Below are positions 1-39,099 of a stretch of 62,180 nt of DNA, one piece after another. The stretch lies in the NCBI RefSeq assembly GCF_001194135.2, contig NC_068997.1:27023441-27085620 (forward strand), in the 5' to 3' direction. The DNA comes from Octopus bimaculoides. Taxonomy: Eukaryota. The position numbers and the translations under genes are program-made. Positions within the stretch are counted from its first letter, which is position 1; every line of letters begins with the position of its first letter. A model generated the notes under the pieces. It saw nothing but the letters and a program-made list of their open reading frames with translations. It searched no databases and was not told the DNA's origin.

Positions 1-105
1 AGATAAAAAAAGGAAAAAAATTGGTGGCAATAGCTTTTTATTTAATTTCTATTTCAACAAAATAGATCTTGGAAATACACCAAAACCATGCTATGAAAGA
101 TCTAC

Positions 106-28624
<28,519 letters not shown>

Positions 28625-28871
28625 AGTGAAGAATGGCTATCTGAAATGTAATACAAAAGTTACTTAAGAACTTATATTCCATAGCAAACTACTACAAGAA
28701 GAGTCTATTTAGACATAGCAACATTTAACTAAAATTGCTGATATCTTATAGGTGGACACGGGATTAAGAAGTTCACTTTACAAAACAATTTTGGATTCAA
28801 TCCCATTGAGCAACGCCTTGTGAATGAACTTGGTAAATGAAGGAAGCTCATCATATAAGTATGCATGCACA

Positions 28872-28913
<42 letters not shown>

Positions 28914-31900
28914 AAACATGCATGAATGCTGGCATTTGACAGCTTTGCTTGAGTGAATGGTGAATGAGTTTACGTTCCTTGTTTTGAAATTATGACTGTT
29001 TGCCCTGCACTGTGGAATAAAATTGAACCCTTACTTGAAAAGCCAACTAAGAGCAATTGTCAGTAAAATCTAGCCTCCGATACATCCCTGTCCAACTCAT
29101 GCTAGCAGGAGTAAAACAAATTTTAAACTTACAAAGAGGTATTATAATCGGAGAAATGAACTGGATTGTCAATTACTACCCTTGTAAAAACATTAAATGG
29201 CGTAAACTGTCTAGAAGTGGGAAATGAAATAACATGAGCTTCAGACCAGGGTTTTACTAGGAACTTCTATTCTAAGTTTCCAAAACAACAAAACCTAACG
29301 GTACAATAATTGAAATAAATTCTATTGAACTTAATCTGTGATTTACATTAAAAAGACACTTTTTAGTATAACCATTCCTATGTTGCTGTAAAATGTGTTT
29401 TGTTTCTTATTAGATGATGTTTTGAAATGTGTTTTATCTTCAGCATAGATTTCAAAATTATACGGAAAACAATTATAGAAAAACAACAATATTTAGATGA
29501 CCCAATATTTGACAATTCATGGTACAGAATACAATGGATGATTTTGTGATTTGACCTGGGATTTTAATATAAGAAATGGAAAGCTGTATGGCATGTAGAA
29601 CTGCTTTTAGAAGTTGGCCTGTAAAGTGCAAGATTGTAGTCACTGATATACAGTTTATTGATTGTAGTTTGTTAAAAAATGTTGAAAAAAAGTTATAGTA
29701 GTAGCTACTATAGATGGTTATTACGTGTGCTGGGTTAAAAAAAATGTACCATTATCAAATTTTTCTTAACAGGTTGTTGAGGAAATAAAAAATAAAAATT
29801 GTGTCAAATTACTAAAAAAATGATTTTAAAAATGAGAAACACCATCCCCTGGGGGACGGTGGAAATTTTTACATAAGTACTGGGGGAAAAGAGGTTACTA
29901 AGTGTGTGAAAGACACATCTTGTAATAATATCCCTAATATTAAAAATACAGTGGAATCTTAGGTTACAAATTTGATTTGTTCCTGAAGGCTGTACATCAC
30001 CTGAAATGTCCATAAAGTGAAACTATTTTCCCTATAGGAATTTCAAGAGAAGGCACAGCAAATTTGAGCAGGGATGTACACGGAGTGAACACTAGACAAC
30101 AATTGATGCTTTCCTGTGGAGACACCATTTGTCACCCTAAATGTTTTATTCTTGAAAAATTGTTCATAAAACCAATTTGCTTGTGATGACAGGCATTCGT
30201 AAACTGAGGTTTCACTGTATTTTCAGTCTTTATTCTGATTGTGAATCATCTGATTATATTAGTAGCTGAAATGTGGTTTTAACACTGCGTATCATATTTA
30301 TGAAATGACTTGTGATGTGCAAGGAGTCATTCAATAGTGATCAACTTGTTGTCAAGCTATTTTTAATTGCATGGACCATTGGAATAGTGTTAAAAGAGGG
30401 CGATAATTAAAAAGAAAGCATCACTGATCTAAATCAATTAGAACAACCTTTAGTAAAAGCTATTTTGATAATTTTTTTTTGTATCATTGGTAAACATGGA
30501 ATTCACATGCAAAGAAAGCACTCAAATAGGAAGTGTATAGGTAACAAGTGCTCTAAAATCAAGTAAAACGACATTTGTTTTCAAGCTGATAATCTAGCGA
30601 AGCTGAAATATAATTACTTCTGGTCAGAAGAAACTGTCTGCAGTTTTATACAACAGAAAGAAATGGTAGGAAACATTAAGATCTAGCAGGGGGAGAAATA
30701 ATGAATCATGAATGCCAGTTTTATTCATGCTTTCTTTTACATAAATGTAAAATATCGATTAATTATTTCAAGATGTCACTGAGGTGACGTCGTCACTTTT
30801 TGTCGGGGTGGGGGGTGGGGTCTTAACTAGTTCATCTTAATCACGTTTTTAAGGGTAAAACGGCAACGATAGTAGTCGCCACTGCACTAACCTGCTTACC
30901 GAGCAGATTGATAGCTTGTCACTCATACTAATTCACTTGGATTCACTCGGTGGCTACTTTTAATGTTATGCGATCGTGTAACTCAGAGTAACGAGAGATT
31001 GAACCGAAAGCTTCGAATGAATAAACTTTACTACATACATAGAGGTCTTCTTTTTTTTTCGACTGAAGCTTCACAAATTGTAACAATTGTTTATACTAAC
31101 ACATATGTTTCTAATAATAGCACAAAGCTTGAATCCTCATTATTGGGGGCAGAGTAGGAGAGGAATTAATAGATAACGCTCGACTCCAGTACTTAACTAG
31201 TATTTTATTTTATAGATTCCGAAAGGGTGAAAAGCAAAGTTAATCTTGACCGTATTTGAACCTAAAAGTAAAAGAGCCAGAATATTATCGCAAGGCAGTT
31301 TGTCCGACGCATTAACGATCTGCCAATCCACAGACTGCCAATACTATATAGTGAAACGATGTAGCACTGAATCAATAGCAGGTGCTATGTATAGTCTACA
31401 GTCGGTCACATAGCAGTAAACGACAGTATATATTGAAATCCATCATAAGTGAGGTGGGGGAGGGATTAACTGGCTGAACATTCGTATATTGAAAATACTG
31501 GTAGAGATGAAGTAACGCTATGTCACGTGTCAAGTTTTAGTTTCTCATTAGTTGTGTCACACTAAAAGAGAAAGAGGAGGTACGGGAAGGGGTAAAGAGA
31601 GGCAGGAAGAAGAAAGCAAAATTCTAAAAAGAGAGCAAGAGATTGATAGGAATAAAGATATATTCGGAAATGTTATGAATTGGCGGCGGTGCGGGAGACG
31701 TTGGTAAACAAAGAGAAAGAATGGAGGTAGAATTTGAGTGAAAAAAGTGTGTGTGTGTGTGTGTATATATATATTTAGAGAGAGAGAGTAATAACGAGTG
31801 AATGAAAATTACGGCGAAAGGGTTAAAAAAAGCGCAAAAATAATTGAAGATAGAATGAAACCTGAGATTGAAGCCAAAACATTAAAAAATATTGAAAGTG

Positions 31901-32317
31901 GGTAGAAATAAACACTACATAGTGTAGTAGTACTAACGCTAGGGGATCTGTAGAAAGTTGAATGTGTGACTTCGGAATATAGCGCAACGTTTCACTTTCA
32001 CGACTGAACGATAATGTCGATCGGCTATTGTGCAATTTAGAACAAATCAAATTAATTATATTACAGCTTTATTTATAGTATAAGATAGGACAAGTAAACC
32101 AATAAACTAAATAAAACAAACACGGGCGATGGTCCTTGACAAAGTGAAAACAGAAGGTGGGGGAAATAGCAGCAAAACCGAACCAATCAATTACTCATGG
32201 AAAGTTACCAGAGTATGTGAAAATGGTACGTTATACAAGATTTTTGGGTAATCTTCCAGTTTCGAGAGGTAAAAGAAATAACTAAAAATATTCAAGGGAA
32301 ATAACTGAACGACTTAC

Positions 32318-32431
32318 CAGTATTATCCGTACTACTTTTTCTCTAAAACAGCATGCGACGGAATTTTTTTTTTTTTTATAAAAGTTTAAAACGTTTTTTT
32401 CTTTTTACAAACAGCATGCGACGGAATTTTT
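32318..32431 (-). other. SMARCE1: Putative non-coding first exon of SMARCE1 (5' end lost in the gap)
   Basis: Consensus donor CTG|gtaagt at 32317 in CpG-rich sequence; the ATG exon has an acceptor, so an upstream exon is required. Location is inferred. Confidence 0.5.
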
Positions 32432-33091
32432 NNNNNNNNNNNNNNNNNNNNNNNNNNNNNNNNNNNNNNNNNNNNNNNNNNNNNNNNNNNNNNNNNNNNN
32501 NNNNNNNNNNNNNNNNNNNNNNNNNNNNNNNNNNNNNNNNNNNNNNNNNNNNNNNNNNNNNNNNNNNNNNNNNNNNNNNNNNNNNNNNNNNNNNNNNNNN
32601 NNNNNNNNNNNNNNNNNNNNNNNNNNNNNNNNNNNNNNNNNNNNNNNNNNNNNNNNNNNNNNNNNNNNNNNNNNNNNNNNNNNNNNNNNNNNNNNNNNNN
32701 NNNNNNNNNNNNNNNNNNNNNNNNNNNNNNNNNNNNNNNNNNNNNNNNNNNNNNNNNNNNNNNNNNNNNNNNNNNNNNNNNNNNNNNNNNNNNNNNNNNN
32801 NNNNNNNNNNNNNNNNNNNNNNNNNNNNNNNNNNNNNNNNNNNNNNNNNNNNNNNNNNNNNNNNNNNNNNNNNNNNNNNNNNNNNNNNNNNNNNNNNNNN
32901 NNNNNNNNNNNNNNNNNNNNNNNNNNNNNNNNNNNNNNNNNNNNNNNNNNNNNNNNNNNNNNNNNNNNNNNNNNNNNNNNNNNNNNNNNNNNNNNNNNNN
33001 NNNNNNNNNNNNNNNNNNNNNNNNNNNNNNNNNNNNNNNNNNNNNNNNNNNNNNNNNNNNNNNNNNNNNNNNNNNNNNNNNNNNNNNNNNN
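32432..33091. other. Assembly gap (660 N); other gaps at 8416-8425, 10550-10610, 13777-14024 and 55884-55893
   Basis: Runs of n. Confidence 1.
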
Positions 33092-33271
33092 CCTCTCTCA
33101 CTTCAAGTTGACTTTTTTTTTATCAATCCGTTGCTTATATTCCAACAATAACTTATTTGATTAAAATTATTATTACTGATGTGAAAATAGTCCTTATTCG
33201 TATAATTATATTTATTACTCGAACATCATTATTGATTCGACTTATCCCCTCTACCAAATTGCTTGTAGGGT

Positions 33272-33500
33272 AGGGGCGAGCTAATGGCTGAATAGATAGA
33301 GCGTCGGAATAAAAATGTCCGTCTGATTACGTTCCGAGTTCAAATCCCGCCGATGTCAACTTCACCATTCATTCTTTCGAAGTTGATAAAATAATGCACC
33401 AGTTAAATACAGGGACAGATTCACTCGACTACCCCCCCCCACCCCTCTCTCTCTCTCTCTCCAAATTTCAGGATCTGTACCTGTTAGAAATATTATTATC
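33272..33500 (+). mobile_element. tRNA-derived SINE family B (CpG-intact copy)
   Basis: ggcgagctaatggctgaa..gttccgagttcaaatcccgccgatgtcaact head and gataaaataa..cagtt core. Related copies at 31145-31340 (-), 40147-41480, 50520, 59040 and 60030. Confidence 0.8.
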
Positions 33501-35412
33501 AATATAACATTTGCAAAACTAAAAGAGAAAAAACGCAAAAATTTGTTCGAAACTAGCAAGTTATACCTCAACTGGATTAGGTGTAGAAAAAAATATAGAT
33601 CCCTCCCAAATATAATAGTTTTATTTAGACAAATATATATATATATTTTTTAATAATATTAGTATATTAAAAAATGTATTTCTTTAAAGTGAAAGTAATA
33701 TATTCCCCATATTCCACGTCAGTAAACAGAGCAATATAATGTTGAAGAGTTTCGTTTATCGTAGGAGAAAATGTGTAAATATAGGTGACTTGATTAATTA
33801 ATTATCCATCCACCATGATCTACGCTACATATATTGGAGGATTATTTATGTGTGTGTATATATATATCCTGATAGTTGCATTTAATATCTAGTACGATTC
33901 CTAGTAAAAATGCATAAAAACGGAGTTCTGAAGATCAGAAACGAGATACTCAGAGTAGCTCCTCACAACATATTTTCGTTTTTTCGTTAAATGAAAAATA
34001 ATTTCAAGCTAAGATCAAAATAGAATGCAAACTCTGATCACTCGAATTTATCCATTAAATTATAAATATGTGGCACTGTTTCGCTCCCTCCCATCTAACC
34101 AACATAATTTAGACATACAAACATGAGTGTGTACTCAATACAAAGTAAAGGAGACCAAGAAACTCTCTGTAACTACTGAATTAAGGATCAGCGTTGAATA
34201 TTATATTTACATATTGGTTGGTGCATCGCCATAACTACATTTTATTGCAAAAATCGAAAAGCGCTTTTGCATGATGAAACACTATTTCCTTAGACGACGG
34301 GCACTGACCAAAATATTTCATTTTTAATTATTTTACTTCATAGTCAGCAATGTACATTTATATAAATTTAGTAAATGGAGTACAACGCATATGTTAACTG
34401 AATGCTTTTATTTCCAACATGTTTCGAAGATTACAAATTATACTTTCCATAGGAATAGGTGATCTTGATAAGGATGTAATCTTCTCTTCAGGGAAATGCA
34501 TGGGAACCAGCTTAACCGTAAGACATTTTAACCTCATAAACAGGAGTCACACCAGTCATTTCGTGATCTTTGCTACCTTAGTATCTATTAACCAATTTAT
34601 TTTGTCCGAGTTAATTATTAACTAAGAGAAAATAAATACATATAATAAAATATATTTTAAACAGGCCCTTAAAAAACCTGCTAATATAATAGTTATCACA
34701 AATGGAGTTATTTAACATCAGCGTATACATTTATATATATATATGGAACAAATCATTAACCTTTTTGGAAAAGATGACATGGAGGAGGGAGGAAAGACAG
34801 AAGGATTCGTTAATGATTTGAGAAGGAATAGTGAAATGCCGATAGCAGTGAGTAATATAGAAATACTCAGTTTGAAACATTAGATAATTCTTATCGCAGA
34901 AGATCAACATTCCCCAAAACATTTCACATATATATATATATTCCATTCGATATGTCTTCATTTCCCCCGCTCCATTGTTGGTTAACAAAGAGAATCGACA
35001 TAGATCTCAGCAAAAGCATTAGATAAGATTAAATATTTGGCTACATGCATTGAAACAGAAGGAAATAAATAATTTTACGAAATATACAAATATATTTATA
35101 CTCACCCGCTAATTTATATTACAAATACTGGTTTTTAAATTTACATTTGAATCGCATAAAAATATTTCAAACAGGCGAACGGAACAATGGCTGATGTTCG
35201 CCCCGACGTTCGCTATTCTCGGAGAAGACTAGTTTCCGAAAATTAATTAATATTATTTTGTAATGATCATTATATTTATTCGCCTAAACGAATAAAATTT
35301 GTCAAAAATAAAGGTATATTAGATTTATTTGAAAAAATTACGAAAAAAAAGAAAATCAGCAGTGACGTTGGAGCATAAAGGAAAATCTCGTTCGGACGTT
35401 ATTAGACTGAAA

Positions 35413-35424
35413 TTGGCGGCAAAA
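35413..35424 (-). promoter_or_regulatory. Candidate E2F site (TTTTGCCGCCAA) in the presumed TOPBP1 promoter
   Basis: Exact TTTSSCGC match in a CpG-rich patch; mammalian TOPBP1 is an E2F target. Function is untested. Confidence 0.35.
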
Positions 35425-37177
35425 GTAATGGGAGAAAATACGAAGTTTAACTGACATTTTCAGCAGGTTTTTAAATAATGTAGTTATTTTCCGCCGAATA
35501 TTTTGTTTAAATTTTTTAAAAAAATTATACATATGTATTTCATTGTATCTATTCATTTATTTTATTTTCTGAAAGTAAATAAATAAGTTTATTCAAAACA
35601 TTGTCACAACTACGAAAATACATACCAGACGATAACAAACACATGGACGGACAACATCAACTTTATTATTAAAATCGGCAACAAAATATAGGATTGTTTA
35701 AAAGTACTGAAACTTAATTTACACGCAGGTATTGTTTACGACAGTTTTGATATTATTCTGGGAAATATCTTTGTGATATATTTTAAGAATTATTACATTT
35801 TTTAATTATATTCATGGAGTTAATCATTTCTGATTTCCACCACATTCATAAACTTTGCGGTTTTCTCTTTAGTAATTGAATATCTCTTTTAGATTTTAAT
35901 ATCAGAAGTCCCCGCTTCTCCTTTTGTTTTATAATGAAGCTTAACCTATAAACAACCGTTGAGAACTCAGACCAAATAATGTTTGTCAGACTGAAAAAAA
36001 TACTTTTGTATCTGATTTACCGTCTAAAATGGCTGCTTTATTTTTGTTTTACCCTTATTCTCTTCCCTATTATGTTTGATAACTTTTTTGACAAATACGT
36101 GATTGTATCATTTAAATTGTAGGCCTCAGGTTTAAATTAAACAGACCTATGACTAGAGGCGTTCCACATGTGACCATTCCGTATTATATTTTATTCATAA
36201 AGTGTGTTTAGGATTACATTATTCAATATCTTTTCCCTGTTTTGAAAACATTTGGCTGCTATTTTTGTCAGGTTGAATAACTGCATAAAACATCTAACTT
36301 GGTGTTTTAGCCACAGGTCAGCCTATGATCATAGATCTTCCAGCCATGACGATCACGTCATTTTTATTTTTTCTTAGCGCATCTATGACGAAAATGTTGT
36401 CTTCCCATCGTTGTGTTGTTTACTCTCCTATCAGAGACGTTCCAACCCTGAACTTCCCCATCTATTCAGACAATTGTATCTAAGACCACACCATGTCCTT
36501 GGTTTTTAAGGTGGTAGGATTGTAAATTTTGAACGATTTCTTTTAAAGATTTACCATTTCCAGCAGATCGAGCAACTAGTTGTTTAGACCTAGACCCCCC
36601 GTTAATAACTATTTTTTAAACGGTATACCTCAAACTACATTATCTAGTTTTTTTTTATGCTGTCGAAGGAGGGAAATTTGACTGCAGTTTCTAGTAGATT
36701 TAGAGAACATGTATAGACTTCATCTTTCCTCGGGATAGAAAAAGTCTAAGCTCCAACTCTTGTATGATCAGTGAGAATCCAGCCGTGGCCGTGCCATCTT
36801 ATTCAAATTGTATTGTTTCCAAAAGTCCTTCCCATTTTCAAGACGGTAGAATGAAGTTTGATTGCTATTTCTAACCGGTCTCGTTTGCACACAAGATAGT
36901 TGTTAACCCCAGGTCAGCCCTGATCGACCAGACTGATTCTGTCTTTATTTAATGTCTTTTGAAAGACAATAGGATGTGATTTGAGGGCAATTTGACCTCA
37001 ACTTTTAACCAGTTGTGCAACCACATAGAGATTGTCTTGTTCTTTCACAAGTTCCGAGCGAGTTTGGCAAGAATTCTCATAGTTCTGAGATCAATTTTTG
37101 TATATTTGCCTTATATACCGGCGTATCAGACGCACCTCTATTTTACTGATATATTTTGTAGCAAAACAGATTTAATG

Positions 37178-37510
37178 TAACCACATGGTTCCGGGTTCAG
37201 TCCCACTGCGTGGCATCTTTGGCAAGTGTCTTCTACTATAGCCTCGGGCCGACCAAAGCCTTGCGAGTGGATTTGGTAGACGGAAACTGAAAGAAGCCCG
37301 TCGTATATATGTGTTTGTGTTTGTCCCCCCTAGCATTGCTTGACAACCGATGCTGGTGTGTTTATGTCTCCGTCACTTAGCGGTTCGGCAAAAGAGACCG
37401 ATAGAATAAGTACTAGGCTTACAAAGAATAAGTCCTGGGGTCGATTTGCTCGACTAAAGGCGGTGCTCCAGCATGACCGCAGTCAAATGACTGAAACAAG
37501 TAAAAGAGTA
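37178..37510 (+). mobile_element. tRNA-derived SINE family A (CpG-intact copy, head truncated)
   Basis: ccacatggttccgggttcagtcccactgcgtggc B-box head and gactgaaacaagtaaaaga tail. Related copies at ~50700, 52239, 55005 and 57072 (+), and ~5540, 9670 and 28930 (-). Confidence 0.85.
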
Positions 37511-38120
37511 TACACTTACTGAAGAATATTTTAAAGTGTTTTTTTTTTTGTGTGTGGAAAATGTGAGATTCTGTACATGTGCATACAATATTGTGACAAC
37601 ATAATGGAATAAAGTATGGTTTATCATAAATACGTTATGGGAGTACCATATCTCAGCTTTATTTCCTTTCAAATCAACTGATTAGTTGTTTATATTTCAC
37701 CTGAGAGGTTTGCCATACAAGAAGTAAAACTAGTATTTCTTGCTGACTAATAGCTATTGACCGTGGGAGTAGTGTACCCACCACTTATTTTTCTAAGAGA
37801 ATTTTTCATTTAGATACTGAGATAATTTTACGGCCAGAATTGGCCCAGACCTTGTCCAACTTAATAACATCACCTAGAAAAGATGTTTCGGCTGAGTTTT
37901 TAATCAGGATGCCCACATAAATTGGAACTTCTTCGTTTTGACGAGGAATTTTCCACTTTTTTTTCACCACCCCACTTCAGACAGATTTGGGCCTTTTTTT
38001 TATGGCACCACGCGCATAAAACCATGAGAGAAACTGTTGTCAGATGTTGGGATATAAACACAAATTGTCATTTAATTTAAGCCCCCTCCCCCGTTGAACC
38101 AAGCGAGTTCGTGTGCATAA

Positions 38121-38749
38121 GAAAAAACGACACTATCATGCTATTAGCTGTCAGAAGTGAAAGTGCTCACTGCTAGTGAAGTATCTGTCTGCCTGCCTGT
38201 TGCTGGCCTGTCGATTCTTTGGCTACTGACAGCTAATACCATGACTGGCCGGAGCGAGCTATATGTCTGTCTGTCTGTCTGTCTCTCTCTCTATCTATCT
38301 ATCTATTACTCGAAAGTTATTGGAACAAATTCGACACCTATATCCATGCGTTTGAAAACACAACACAGAGTATAAGGGTACTCGCGTCCGCGCTAGCTAG
38401 TCGTGAGTGGTCGATCCTATTATTTTTAAACTTCAAACTTCATTTGTTTTCTATTTTGATAAATTCTCTCTGTTGAAAATTATATTTTTATATTTTAAAT
38501 AATTTGCAATTTCAGGAAATATGTTTTTATATTAAATTTGTGTTTTCTAATAAGGTGGTGATTGATAAATAGATAGATAGTAGATAGATATCAGTAAGTA
38601 AGTAAGCCAATAGCTCGCTCCGGCCAGTCATGGTATTAGCTGTCAGTAGCCAAAGAATCAACTCAAACCAGCAACAGACAGACAGACACTTCACTAGCAG
38701 TGAGCACTTTCACTTCTGACAGCTAATAGCATGATAGTGCCGAAAAAAC
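38121..38749. mobile_element. Foldback/MITE-like non-autonomous DNA transposon (613 bp, ~132-bp TIRs, 8-bp TSD GAAAAAAC)
   Basis: 38129-38261 is the reverse complement of 38611-38741, with differences only at the terminus and mid-arm. GAAAAAAC occurs at 38121-38128 and 38742-38749. Confidence 0.88.
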
Positions 38750-39018
38750 ATATTTTCAAACAGAAAAGTACTATTAAAATAAATTATCTTTTACATAGTT
38801 CTTTCTGAAATCGCTGTGGATAAATCCCAGCAATGACCTTCTCAAGCTCTCCAATATTTTAAAAATATAAGCAGAAACAATGGGGTGGGGTTCGGAAAAA
38901 TCATAAAATATGTGATTGCTTGATAGATGTTTATTTGTGTATACCACTTTTTAATGCATTTGTTTCCTACTTACTAGGTTGTGATGCTGGATGTGTCAGC
39001 ATATTGGTGAGGAGCATC

Positions 39019-39099
39019 ATGACAGAGACTGAGTTCACAGTGAAATGTGTTCAGTGTAAAAATGTGGAAGTTTCTCCTAGATGTGTAGAAGCCTTCAGT
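39019..39099 (+). CDS. TOPBP1: TOPBP1 coding exon 1 (MTETEFTVKCVQCKNVEVSPRCVEAFS); exon starts at 38978
   Basis: Acceptor ttactag at 38977, atcATGa context, donor gtaagt, phase 0. Confidence 0.8.

Noticed and set aside
32353-33111. Long ORFs of 241-252 aa, and those at 10387-10788 and 13679-14050
   Set aside because: Artefacts of N runs and (TA)n tracts.
33272-33360. tRNA-like A/B boxes (also at 52239 and 57072)
   Set aside because: SINE heads: no complete cloverleaf, and followed by SINE body sequence.
34266-34313. C/D-box-like ATGATGA...CTGA with 8-nt complementarity to 18S GCCCGUCG
   Set aside because: Only 37 nt box to box, no C'/D' boxes, and apparently intergenic. The D+5 rule points two bases away from the known methylated C.
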